Source: Patescibacteria group bacterium (GTDB taxonomy: Bacteria > Patescibacteriota > UBA1384 > DATEAH01). Taken from it: a stretch of 64,000 nt of DNA. Every line of letters begins with the position of its first letter. Within the stretch, counting starts at the first letter, position 1. Location of the stretch: NCBI GenBank assembly GCA_035288465.1, contig DATEAH010000005.1, positions 3,636 through 67,635 of the forward strand. Direction: 5' to 3'. Below are positions 41,494 through 51,029 of this stretch, in pieces. The position numbers and the translations under genes were made by a program. Below the pieces are notes generated by a model. It saw only the letters and a program-made list of their open reading frames with translations, was not told the DNA's origin and searched no databases.

Positions 41494-42732
41494 TCAATGT
41501 CTGATTTCGTATCTGGGTTTGCCAAAAGCGATGCGGTCTGGGGCGGTTTTTAGAACCTGATGCATCGCGGCAGGATAAATAGTTTCGGCGCCAAATTTAT
41601 CATTTAATTTATCCAAAGCTTCGGCTGATTTTTTGATTTTTTCCATTTGCGGAAAAATAGCAATTTGGTGATTTTTTAAATCCGGTTTGAGCCAAAAAGC
41701 CGATACTGACACCCAAATTGGCTGACCATGCCACAAACAATCTGCCAAAAGGCTGAAGATATTTTTAGTAAAACTCAAATTATCAGAAAAGGTAGGCACG
41801 CGGCGGCTTTTGGCAAATGAGGTGCGGTTTGTAAATCTGACCGCCACGCTCACGCCAGAAGCGGAAAAACCCTTTTGTCTTAATCTCGAGCTTGACTTAA
41901 AAATTAATTTTTTAATCACAGCCTCCGCTGATGTACGATTTCTAAACTCAGGCGCTAAAACATGGGAATGGCCAATATTTTGGGTCTGGCTCGCATAATC
42001 GTCAACCTCAAAACCGCGCAAACGCAAATACCATAATTTCCCCCAATGTTTTAAAATTTTTTCTAATTGATGAGAGCTTTTTTGAAAAAATTGCTCAGGC
42101 GTCTTGATCTGAAAAAAATTTAATCTTTTGGCAAGTTGGCAATTTATACCAGTCAGATCAGTCAATTTAGAAAATTCAACATAAAAATTATTTAATTTGG
42201 CAAGTTCCACCACGGCTAAACCGTCGGGCTTGTTTTCTTCGGAGATCATTTTCGCCAAAAAACGGTTTGGCCCAATCCCCACCGAACAAGTCAAGAAATC
42301 GCCGACTTGGCTTTTGAGATTGGTTTTGATTTTTCGGCCAATTTCAGTAGCTTTTTGAAAATTTTGTTCAGAAGGCGAGAGCGGCAAAATAAATTCATCC
42401 ACACTTAAGGGCTGATAAAAAGGGGTAATATTTTCCAGGGCTTTTTTAATTTCTTGATGATAAATCATATACAAAGCTGGTCGAGCCTCGACAATTTTAA
42501 TTTTGGGGTAAATTCTTTTCGCCTCGCCAACACCCATGCCAGTTTTCACGCCGACAGTTTTAGCTTCTTTGGAGGCGGCAATCACGCAACCGGTGGCGCC
42601 GGTGTAAGGCGCAATACCAATTGCCTGGCCTCGAAGAGGCGGCTGCACTTGCTGCTCAATAGAAGCGAAAAAAGAATCCATATCCAAAAACAAAACTTGA
42701 AAATCGCAAGGTTTTTGATTCAATGAGAACAT
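41494..42732 (-). CDS. dinB: Y-family DNA polymerase (DinB / Pol IV-like)
   Basis: N-terminal LDMDSFFASIEQ (matches DinB DMDxFFA[SA]VE), catalytic GIGPNRFLAKM-type region; 412 aa. Confidence 0.85.
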   Translation of the reverse strand: MFSLNQKPCDFQVLFLDMDSFFASIEQQVQPPLRGQAIGIAPYTGATGCVIAASKEAKTVGVKTGMGVGEAKRIYPKIKIVEARPALYMIYHQEIKKALENITPFYQPLSVDEFILPLSPSEQNFQKATEIGRKIKTNLKSQVGDFLTCSVGIGPNRFLAKMISEENKPDGLAVVELAKLNNFYVEFSKLTDLTGINCQLAKRLNFFQIKTPEQFFQKSSHQLEKILKHWGKLWYLRLRGFEVDDYASQTQNIGHSHVLAPEFRNRTSAEAVIKKLIFKSSSRLRQKGFSASGVSVAVRFTNRTSFAKSRRVPTFSDNLSFTKNIFSLLADCLWHGQPIWVSVSAFWLKPDLKNHQIAIFPQMEKIKKSAEALDKLNDKFGAETIYPAAMHQVLKTAPDRIAFGKPRYEIRH

Positions 42733-42780
42733 TTAAAAAATCCTTTGCCCCTTTATTTTCACAAATTTCTAGCCAAGCCA

Positions 42781-42808
42781 TCATATTCTAATTATACAAA
42801 AGGTTATA
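42781..42808 (-). promoter_or_regulatory. Candidate dinB promoter (minus strand: TTGACC-N16-TATAAT)
   Basis: rc of 42803-42808 = TTGACC; rc of 42781-42786 = TATAAT. Confidence 0.45.
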
Positions 42809-43003
42809 CAAAGGTCAATAATCAAACTTGTGGATAACTAAATAAATTGTGGGGTTCGTTTTTAAACTTCAACCAACTGACGATTGTGTTTAGTGAGTAC
42901 TAAATATTTTACCAGTTGATTTTGGGGGATACAGCTTAAATTATAAGTAATACCGCCGCACATTTTGCGCCTTAGTTTATTTTCTTTTAAATTACCTTAG
43001 TTT

Positions 43004-43687
43004 CTATTTAAATTCAAGGCTGCGAATTAATTGCTGGAAAAGTTCGCCATAATCTGAGTCCAAAGAAGCTGAACCTGAGGCTGGGAAAAACATAGTCGCC
43101 AAAAAATTAGTGCCGTTATGGGTAAAAGGAGCGCGGATTACATTAGTATTTCTGGGATTATCAGTGGTGGCAGGTTGATTATAGAAAGAATATTTGACGG
43201 TTTGGCAAATAATTTGCATATCTGTTTCAGATTCGAGATTTAAACCTTTGGTAGTAAAACCGCTCACTTTATCACCAGCCACAATAATAATATTTGAAAC
43301 CTTCGCAATATCCTCTTCGCCACTCACAACACTGACTTCTGTCCATTTGTTCACGCCAGTATCAGCAATCGACCAATCATCAGGATATTTAAAAGAATGA
43401 TTATATTCAGTATTAGTAAATGTTTTCCAGCCTGGCATTTGCGCCTTATCGGTCGAGGTTAGCGAATCTGCACAGGGTGTATTTTGAGCAGTAGCGGTAG
43501 TGGCTGAATTAGTGGTGGTAGCGCTGTCGGATTTTTTCTCGCCAGAACCAATCTCAGAGACTAAGGCCGGGGTATTTTTACTTTCCTTGATAATCGTCCA
43601 GGAATAATATCCTAAAACTCCTAACGCTAAAACTGCGATTATTAGCATCACAATTTTCACGGTTTGCACTTTGTTAAATGAACCCAT
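43004..43687 (-). CDS. Hypothetical membrane-anchored secreted protein (FKYPDDW motif family)
   Basis: Start taken at MGSFNKVQTVKIVMLIIAVLALGVLGYYSW (avoids overlap with the sortase gene); Thr/Ser-rich linker; FKYPDDWSI motif. Confidence 0.6.
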   Translation of the reverse strand: MGSFNKVQTVKIVMLIIAVLALGVLGYYSWTIIKESKNTPALVSEIGSGEKKSDSATTTNSATTATAQNTPCADSLTSTDKAQMPGWKTFTNTEYNHSFKYPDDWSIADTGVNKWTEVSVVSGEEDIAKVSNIIIVAGDKVSGFTTKGLNLESETDMQIICQTVKYSFYNQPATTDNPRNTNVIRAPFTHNGTNFLATMFFPASGSASLDSDYGELFQQLIRSLEFK

Positions 43688-43716
43688 AACCCCCCTTTTT
43701 AAATTCAATTTGGTTT

Positions 43717-44319
43717 TTATTTTATTTTGGCAATAATTACTAATCTTTTTTCCAAGGAACCTATCGGCCAGCAAGTCATTAAAGTTAATCTTTTCTCAAA
43801 AGTTTGCCCTAAAACTGAAAAATCATCAGGTTGAACAATTTTTTTCCCAATAACTTTGTATTCGTATTCTCGACTTTTATAAACCACTTTTATGGTATCA
43901 TCATCTTGCAGATCGTTTAAGTTAATAAAAATCTGGCGGTAATGGCCCCCAAAATCACTTGATGAATGCCCAAAGATAAAAATATTTCCAACCTTTCCCG
44001 GATAGGGTGTACCTGAATAATGGACAACGCCTTTTTTGAGCAATTTCTGATATAAATCTGGCTGGTTACTATCAGCTTCACCCGCAACTGGCACCCTGAC
44101 ATTGATTTTATCAATTTGAAGGCCAAATTTTTGGAAAGCGACTTCATCAATTTGAAGACTTGACTCGGCATTTTTTTCAGCATTAACTTTATTTGTTTTT
44201 TGAAATGGATTTTTAGGGTGCAATTTATAAAATATAGAATAGCCGATAATAAAATTAATTACCAAATAAACTAAAATCCCAGATGAAATTAGGAAAATCT
44301 GCTTTTTTTTATTGTTCAT
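43717..44319 (-). CDS. Sortase (transpeptidase)
   Basis: N-terminal TM; conserved His (IFIFGHSS) and catalytic Cys in an LTLMTCWP (TLxTC) motif. Confidence 0.85.
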   Translation of the reverse strand: MNNKKKQIFLISSGILVYLVINFIIGYSIFYKLHPKNPFQKTNKVNAEKNAESSLQIDEVAFQKFGLQIDKINVRVPVAGEADSNQPDLYQKLLKKGVVHYSGTPYPGKVGNIFIFGHSSSDFGGHYRQIFINLNDLQDDDTIKVVYKSREYEYKVIGKKIVQPDDFSVLGQTFEKRLTLMTCWPIGSLEKRLVIIAKIK

Positions 44320-45940
44320 AAATTCTTTTATATTTCCGTCGAATTAGCGATGCCATCATTAAAACCAAAGGAATAGATAATAGAATCGGGATAATAGGCT
44401 TATTGGAAGTGATTTTCCCAGTGGCTGGTAGGGTGGCTGCATCAATGTGCAGGCTCAATTGCCGATATACAAGTTGCTGTGGAGAGCCCGAATCTAAAAC
44501 AACAACATAAAAAGTATAATCACCGGCCACAGTTGGCGTCCCGTTAATTCGGCCTGAACTACTATCTAAAGATAAACCGGCCGGTAAGATGCCAAAATAA
44601 TCCTCACATTCTTCATCCCCGGGATTATATAAATTAAGATCTTTAAGCCCTTCTTTGAAAAGATCGGCTTCTTGTGGTTGCAAATCACCGTAATCAATTT
44701 GGCAAAAATATGAAGCGACATACCAGCTTAGCGGATTTGTGCCGGAATTTGACTCTAAGCTCGTCGAATAACTTGAACCTTGGGTTCCGTTTGGCAATTG
44801 AGTGGTGGTGATACTCAATAAATCTACTGGGCTTGACCGCCAAACCTCGGTGCCAGTACCGGCGTTAGAAAAAGCCACATAAAGCCTTTCATTAAAAGTG
44901 ACGGCAAATAAAGCATAATTTGCCGCACTGCCAAAACCATCGGTTTTTTCTTTTGTCCAAGTGGTACCATTAGTGCTGCGATACAATTGGGCACCAGTCA
45001 CCCCATTTCTGGTTCCGAGCCAAAATACTCCATTCACCACCGCCCCCTCATAACCTACCCAAATGTTGTTATCAGAACCAAAACCATCTGTATTAGCTTG
45101 AGTCCAAGCAGTGCCATTGGCTGATCGCCATAATTCCGTGCCGGTCGCAGAGTTTATTGTGCCGGCGTATAAATAACCATTGAATGATTGTAATAAATTG
45201 GTTGAAGAATTGGCAGCTGAACCAAAGCCGTTGGTATTTACTTGCGTCCAACTTTCTCCATCTAAGCTTCGATATATTTTCGTCCCAGTCGCATTGGTGA
45301 CTCCAGCATACAGATAACCGCCAAAAATACTCAAAGAACGAGTTGATGTATTAGCGGCAACGCCAAAACCATCAGTGTTGGTTTGGTCCCAGCTTGTGCC
45401 GTTTGTGGTTCGCCAAATTTCCGTACCTGTGGTGATATTTTCAGTTGCCACATATAAATATCCACCAAATGAGGCAACAGCTCTGGAACCTAAATTATTA
45501 GCATCGCCAAGTCCATCGGTGCCTGATTGTGACCAAGTCCCGGTGGCACCAGTGGCCGAACGCCAAACTTCTAAAACTCCGGCGCCGCTGGTGATGGTGG
45601 TGGCATAAAGATAACCTCCATGACCCACAAAAGCATGAATTTCATCATTATCAGCATTACTAAAACCGCCAGAGACAACTTGACTCCAAACCGTACCATT
45701 GGCTGATCGCCAAATTTGAGCACCAGCGGCAGTATTTGATACCCCGGCAAAAACATAGCCGCCATAAACATAAAGACGAATATCACCCCAGTTAGCGGCA
45801 TTACCAAAACCATCGTCATTAACTTGGCTCCAAGTATATAAATCAGCGGCTTTGGTGGTGGTGGGCAAAAACGAAAAAATAATAAAGAAACATATTAATA
45901 AATAAAAAACAATTCTTGGGCCGAATTTCGTTTTTCTCAT
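44309..45940 (-). CDS. LPXTG-anchored surface protein with ~8 tandem ~48-aa beta-propeller-like repeats and an Ig-like domain
   Basis: Signal peptide. Repeats WxQxNTDGFGxAANxxxxxLxxFxGYLYAGTxNxxTGTELWRSxNGTxW. C-terminal sorting signal LPATGK + hydrophobic segment + RRKYKR. Confidence 0.8.
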   Translation of the reverse strand: MRKTKFGPRIVFYLLICFFIIFSFLPTTTKAADLYTWSQVNDDGFGNAANWGDIRLYVYGGYVFAGVSNTAAGAQIWRSANGTVWSQVVSGGFSNADNDEIHAFVGHGGYLYATTITSGAGVLEVWRSATGATGTWSQSGTDGLGDANNLGSRAVASFGGYLYVATENITTGTEIWRTTNGTSWDQTNTDGFGVAANTSTRSLSIFGGYLYAGVTNATGTKIYRSLDGESWTQVNTNGFGSAANSSTNLLQSFNGYLYAGTINSATGTELWRSANGTAWTQANTDGFGSDNNIWVGYEGAVVNGVFWLGTRNGVTGAQLYRSTNGTTWTKEKTDGFGSAANYALFAVTFNERLYVAFSNAGTGTEVWRSSPVDLLSITTTQLPNGTQGSSYSTSLESNSGTNPLSWYVASYFCQIDYGDLQPQEADLFKEGLKDLNLYNPGDEECEDYFGILPAGLSLDSSSGRINGTPTVAGDYTFYVVVLDSGSPQQLVYRQLSLHIDAATLPATGKITSNKPIIPILLSIPLVLMMASLIRRKYKRIYEQ

Positions 45941-46169
45941 TTATCCCCCCTTTTTTTTGGTGATAAATTAAATAAATTTAGAACAACATATTCCTATATA
46001 TATTATAGAAAACCCTTTCCAAATGTCAAGCTGAAAAATACCCATGAAATAATTTATATAACGATTCTTAATATTTTATCTCGTTCAAATTTACAACTGA
46101 CGATGATTAGCCTAAATACGCTGAAAATATTCTTGACAATAATATAACAATTTGAGAAAATGGATTTAG

Positions 46170-46195
46170 ATACCTATACCATAGGTGCGGGTAAT
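46170..46195. promoter_or_regulatory. Operator-like palindrome ATACCTATACCATAGGTGCGGGTAAT upstream of csoR
   Basis: 6-bp inverted repeat ACCTAT-acc-ATAGGT plus a GGGTA element. Resembles known CsoR operators of the ATACC...GGGGGTAT type, but this comparison is from memory. Confidence 0.35.
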
Positions 46196-46237
46196 TAGAA
46201 ATATATTATATAAGAAGAATATCCAAGGATTAAAAAA

Positions 46238-46510
46238 ATGAATCTTCAAAAGCAAAAAACTACCATTTGCTTTAAAAAAGCACAGAGCTTGATCACTAAA
46301 ATTTCCCAAATGATTGAAAAGGACGAATACTGCATTAATATTATGCAGCAAAATTTAGCCGTAATTGGCTTGTTAAAATCTGCTCATCAATCTTTGCTGG
46401 AAAACCACCTTGCCACCTGTTTTAAACATGCAATAGATTCTGGCAATTATCGTCGAAAAAAAGCGATGGCTGATGAAATTTTAAAAGTTACTAAACTTTA
46501 CAATAAATAA
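46238..46510 (+). CDS. csoR: CsoR/RcnR-family metal-sensing transcriptional repressor
   Basis: 90 aa, all-helical; conserved Cys/His positions (C..H..C); directly upstream of the copper ATPase cluster. Confidence 0.75.
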   Translation: MNLQKQKTTICFKKAQSLITKISQMIEKDEYCINIMQQNLAVIGLLKSAHQSLLENHLATCFKHAIDSGNYRRKKAMADEILKVTKLYNK

Positions 46511-46520
46511 GAGGGGCTTA

Positions 46521-48242
46521 ATGCCAAAAACAATTGTACCGATTAGGGGAATGCATTGTCGTTCTTGCGAAATATTAATAGAAGATGAAATATTAAAACT
46601 TAGCTGGGTCAAAAAAGTTGAAGTCTCACATCAAAAAGCACAAGCTAAGATTTATTATCGCCATAAATTTGATTATTCGGCAGTTGAAAAAGCAATTTCA
46701 AAAGCAGGCTATAGGTTAGGCAATTCCAATAAAAAACAATTTATTTCTAAGAATCCTCAAGATTTTATTGATTTGGTAATTGCCGCAATTTGTCTTTTAG
46801 GATTATTTTTGTTTCTGAAAAAAACTGGTTTAATCAATATCAAATTTGCGTCATCACCAAGTTTAACTAATATATCTGGAGCTTTATTAATTGGAATATT
46901 GGCTGGATTTTCGACCTGTATGGCGTTAGTGGGTGGTTTAATTTTGGGAATATCTGCCCGACATTCAGAAAAGCATCCCAACGCTTCGACCTGGCAAAAA
47001 TTTCGTCCTCATCTCTTTTTTAATCTTGGCAGAATCGCTTCTTTCTTTATCTTAGGTGGCTTGATAGGATTTGCAGGCTCAGCTTTACAGCTTTCAAGCA
47101 GGATATCCGGAACTTTAATGATTGGGGTGGGATTATTAATGCTAACATTAGGCATTCAGCTCACCGAAATTTTTCCCAAGATTAGTTCTGGAAGATTTAC
47201 TCTACCTAAAGGTATTTCTCAAATTTTGGGAATTAAAAAACGAGAACAACTGGAATACAGTCATAAAAATGCCGTAATTTTGGGGGCCGCCACTTTTTTT
47301 CTACCTTGCGGTTTTACACAAGCAATGCAATTATTGGCGGTGAGTTCGGGAAAATTTTTAGTGGGTGCTGAAATTATGGCCTTATTTGCAATTGGGACCA
47401 GCCCAGGATTATTGGGAATTGGTGCTTTAACTTCAGTTTTTAAGGGGACGATGGCTAAAAAATTTTTCAAGTTTGCCGGATTAGCAGTAATTTCCTTAGC
47501 GCTCTTAAATATTGTAAACGGCTATCATCTTTTGGGTTGGAAATTCTCCTCAAAAAAAGCACCAATCGCCAATGCTCAGGATCCAAATGTTAAAATTGAA
47601 AACGGAATCCAAAAGATTTATATGGTACAAAAAAGTTCGGGATATGCTCCCGACCATTTTACAATTCAAAGGGGAATTTCTACCCAGTGGATAATCAATT
47701 CCGAAGATGCTTCTTCTTGTGCTTCCGCAATTACTGCTCCTGACCTTGATATCAAGAAAATTTTAAAACTTGGTGAAAATATCATTGAATTCACGCCTCA
47801 AAAAACTGGCGAAGTTGGATTTTCTTGTTTAATGGGAATGTATCGAGGTTATTTTTCCATTATTGAAAAAAAAGATTCTCAAGATACACAAACCCAAACA
47901 CAAAATCAAAAACCGAAAACGGAATCCGAAGTTACTCCTCCAAAAACTAATCCGGCGCCAATTACGAATGAGCAAATCATCAAAACGACTTATACTCTCA
48001 ATGAAGATATTGTTCCAAAACAATTCATGGTTCAAGCTGGACTGCCAGTCCGTTTTGAAATAGACGTCAAGGAAGATGGCCAAGGCTGTATGAGCACAAT
48101 CGGAATTCCAAAATTAATAGATGAGCCCCAATTTTTAGAAAAAGGCAAAACAATCGTTTTCACTTTTACGCCCGAAGAACCTGGGGACTATTATATTACT
48201 TGTGCAATGGGATCAATTAGAGGCAAAATTTCAGTAAAATAA
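46521..48242 (+). CDS. Fusion protein: N-terminal HMA metal-binding domain + DsbD_2/UreH-like multi-TM permease with two conserved TM cysteines + two C-terminal cupredoxin-like domains
   Basis: GMHCRSCE (MxCxxC); TM segments with FSTCMALVGG and FFLPCGFTQAMQ; tandem C-terminal domains ending GEVGFSCLMGMYRGYFSII and GDYYITCAMGSIRGKISV. Confidence 0.6.
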   Translation: MPKTIVPIRGMHCRSCEILIEDEILKLSWVKKVEVSHQKAQAKIYYRHKFDYSAVEKAISKAGYRLGNSNKKQFISKNPQDFIDLVIAAICLLGLFLFLKKTGLINIKFASSPSLTNISGALLIGILAGFSTCMALVGGLILGISARHSEKHPNASTWQKFRPHLFFNLGRIASFFILGGLIGFAGSALQLSSRISGTLMIGVGLLMLTLGIQLTEIFPKISSGRFTLPKGISQILGIKKREQLEYSHKNAVILGAATFFLPCGFTQAMQLLAVSSGKFLVGAEIMALFAIGTSPGLLGIGALTSVFKGTMAKKFFKFAGLAVISLALLNIVNGYHLLGWKFSSKKAPIANAQDPNVKIENGIQKIYMVQKSSGYAPDHFTIQRGISTQWIINSEDASSCASAITAPDLDIKKILKLGENIIEFTPQKTGEVGFSCLMGMYRGYFSIIEKKDSQDTQTQTQNQKPKTESEVTPPKTNPAPITNEQIIKTTYTLNEDIVPKQFMVQAGLPVRFEIDVKEDGQGCMSTIGIPKLIDEPQFLEKGKTIVFTFTPEEPGDYYITCAMGSIRGKISVK

Positions 48243-48270
48243 TATAATTAATGTCGAGAAAGGATAAGAA

Positions 48271-50541
48271 ATGAAAAAAGAAATTTATAAGATTGAGGGT
48301 ATGCACTGCGCTTCATGCGCGGCAAATATTGAACATCGGCTCGCCAAAGAATCAGGCATTCATAAAGCAAATGTTAATTTTGCCGTGGAAAAACTTTACT
48401 TAGATTACGACGAGAACATCATTAGTTTTGATCAGATTGAGAAAATAATTAATAGTTTAGGGTATAAATTATTCCCGGAAAAATCAGACGATGAAACTGG
48501 CAAAATGGATCATCAAAATCACGAACAAGACCAAAGCCATGCAGATCATAAACATACCGAACCAACCAAAGAAAAAGAAATTCAAAAACTCCGTCAACGC
48601 TTTTTAATTTCCCTAATCTTTGGTTTGCCCATCATCTACATGGTCATGGGTAAAATGCTCCAGGCGCCGATACCGATGTTTTTAGAAAAAAATACCATCC
48701 TCTTGGAATTTATTTTAGCGACGATTATTATTGGCGCTTCGATTACAATTTGGCTTTCCGGAATCAAAGAATTATTAAGGTTTCGACCGGGCATGGATTC
48801 TCTTATTTTCATCGGCACAGTTGCTGCTTATATTTATAGTATTATAATCTCAATAAGTATCATGATGGGAAAACAAATTGGAACAATGGATAATTTGTAT
48901 TATGAAAGTGCGGCCTTTATTTTAATTTTTATTAATTTAGGGAGATATTTAGAGGCTGCGACTAAGGGCCGCACCAGCTTAGCAATTAAAAGATTGATGG
49001 GCTTAGCGCCAAAATATGCTTTAGTGATAAAAAACGGGCAAGAAATAAAAATCCCAATTTCTGAAGTTGTACCCGGCAATATAGTTTTGGTTAAACCCGG
49101 TGCTAAAATCCCAGTTGATGGTGTTGTCATTGATGGATATTCAGCGGTTGATGAAAAAGCCATTACTGGGGAAAGCATTCCAGCGGAAAAAAATAAAGGT
49201 GATAAAGTGATCGGCGCGACCATTAATAAAACCGGGGTTTTAAAAATTAAAGCCCAACATGTTGGTAAAGACACAGTTTTGGCACAAATTATTAAAATCG
49301 TTGAAGAAGCGATGGGTTCTAAAGCCCCCATCCAATTATTGGCGGATAAGGTTTCTTTTTATTTTGTCCCAGCAGTTATTGTAATCGCCCTTATCTCAGC
49401 TTTAATCTGGTTGCTTTTGGGCTTTTCTTTTTCTTTTAGCCTCACAATTTTTGTGGCAGTTTTAATAATTGCCTGCCCTTGTGCCTTAGGATTAGCAACT
49501 CCAACCGCAATTATGATGGGTTCTGGCTTAGCGGCGCAAAGAGGTATTTTAATTAAAAATGGCGAAGCCCTGGAAAAAGCCCAAAAAATTAATTTTGTTG
49601 TTTTCGATAAAACTGGGACATTAACAAAAGGGGAACCTAAAGTTGTTGATATTATTGAAATTGGGGGAGATAAATCAACAATTTTAAAACTCGCAGCCAG
49701 CATCGAAAAAAATTCAGAACATCCCTTAGCCCAAGCAATTATTAATAAAGCAAAATTGGAAAAAATCGAATTATATAATCCCACTGATTTTCAAGCCGTC
49801 CCAGGCCAAGGAGTTAAAGCCAAAATTGATAATAAAGAAATTCTTTTAGGAACTCGGAAATTATTGCAGGAAAATAAAATCAATATTAATGAATTTGAAA
49901 AGAATATTAGTAATCTTGAAAATTTGGGCAAGACGGTGATTATTTTGGCTTTTGGCGAAAAAGTTCAAGGTTTATTAGCCTTAGCTGATACGTTAAAAGA
50001 AAATTCCCAAAAAGCGATTAAACTGCTTCATGAAAATGGTATTAAAACCGCCATTCTCACCGGCGATAATGCACGGGTCGGCAAAGCAATTGCTAAAGAA
50101 GTTGGCATTGACAAAGTATTGGCTGAGGTATTACCTCATGAAAAAGCGGCTAATATTAAAAAATTACAAAAACAGGGTTGGAAAGTGGCAATGGTTGGTG
50201 ATGGCATTAATGATGCGCCAGCTTTAGCTCAAGCTGATTTGGGGGTTGCTTTAGGTTCTGGCACAGATGTTGCTATGGAAACTGGCGAACTAATCTTGAT
50301 TAAAAATAATCTTTTGGATGTCGTCACCGCAATTGATTTATCAAAATATACTTTGCGCAAAATTAAACAAAATCTTTTTTGGGCGTTTTTTTACAATATT
50401 ATTAGTATCCCGGTGGCGGCGGGTTTGCTTTATCCTTTTTTTGGTTGGATTTTAAATCCCTCAATTGCCGCGGCCGCGATGGCATTTTCTTCGGTTTCGG
50501 TGGTCACCAACGCCCTCTTAATGAAAGGATATAAGAAATGA
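48271..50541 (+). CDS. copA: Copper-translocating P1B-type ATPase
   Basis: N-terminal HMA GMHCASCA; TM CPC motif (ACPCALGLATP); DKTGTLT; GDGINDAP. Confidence 0.93.
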   Translation: MKKEIYKIEGMHCASCAANIEHRLAKESGIHKANVNFAVEKLYLDYDENIISFDQIEKIINSLGYKLFPEKSDDETGKMDHQNHEQDQSHADHKHTEPTKEKEIQKLRQRFLISLIFGLPIIYMVMGKMLQAPIPMFLEKNTILLEFILATIIIGASITIWLSGIKELLRFRPGMDSLIFIGTVAAYIYSIIISISIMMGKQIGTMDNLYYESAAFILIFINLGRYLEAATKGRTSLAIKRLMGLAPKYALVIKNGQEIKIPISEVVPGNIVLVKPGAKIPVDGVVIDGYSAVDEKAITGESIPAEKNKGDKVIGATINKTGVLKIKAQHVGKDTVLAQIIKIVEEAMGSKAPIQLLADKVSFYFVPAVIVIALISALIWLLLGFSFSFSLTIFVAVLIIACPCALGLATPTAIMMGSGLAAQRGILIKNGEALEKAQKINFVVFDKTGTLTKGEPKVVDIIEIGGDKSTILKLAASIEKNSEHPLAQAIINKAKLEKIELYNPTDFQAVPGQGVKAKIDNKEILLGTRKLLQENKININEFEKNISNLENLGKTVIILAFGEKVQGLLALADTLKENSQKAIKLLHENGIKTAILTGDNARVGKAIAKEVGIDKVLAEVLPHEKAANIKKLQKQGWKVAMVGDGINDAPALAQADLGVALGSGTDVAMETGELILIKNNLLDVVTAIDLSKYTLRKIKQNLFWAFFYNIISIPVAAGLLYPFFGWILNPSIAAAAMAFSSVSVVTNALLMKGYKK

Positions 50542-51029
50542 AAATGTTTGGTATTTTTATCGCGATCATTTCCATCATCATTATTGCCGCAGTTTGGATA
50601 GGTTCATCTGTTTCAGAATCATCAACGCCAACTTATTCTAAAGATGACCCCAACCGCCCGAATGTAAAGTTGTCGGAAAAGTCTTTTGACTTTGGCGAAA
50701 TAAACATTAAAGAAACTCGAGATCATATTTTTAAAATTACCAATGTCGGTAAAAGTGATTTAAACCTGTCCAGAGTTTCCACATCCTGCGATTGCACATA
50801 TGCTTATATCATCAACGCGAATGGCGAACAAAGCCCAAAATTTTCGATGCATGACACTAGTTCTTGGCAAATGGCCCTTAAGCCTCAGGAATCAGCGAGC
50901 TTAAAAGTATATTATAAACCTTCAATTATGCCAGTTGAGGGCGCTGTTGATCGCACCATCAATGTTGTCACCAATGACCCGACAAATCCTAACCTTGAAA
51001 TAAAAATTACAGCCACGGTGGTAAAATGA
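50538..51029 (+). CDS. DUF1573-like membrane-anchored protein
   Basis: FDFGEINIKETRDHIFKITNVGKSDLNLSRVSTSCDCT matches the DUF1573 pattern (FDFG...N.G...L.I..V..SCGCT), as recalled from memory. Confidence 0.55.
   Translation: MKMFGIFIAIISIIIIAAVWIGSSVSESSTPTYSKDDPNRPNVKLSEKSFDFGEINIKETRDHIFKITNVGKSDLNLSRVSTSCDCTYAYIINANGEQSPKFSMHDTSSWQMALKPQESASLKVYYKPSIMPVEGAVDRTINVVTNDPTNPNLEIKITATVVK

Noticed and set aside
41157-41504. Two short ORFs (65 and 67 aa) in the spacer after the 40643..41179 gene
   Set aside because: They overlap a terminator hairpin and each other, have no RBS, and have odd composition; probably non-coding remnant DNA.
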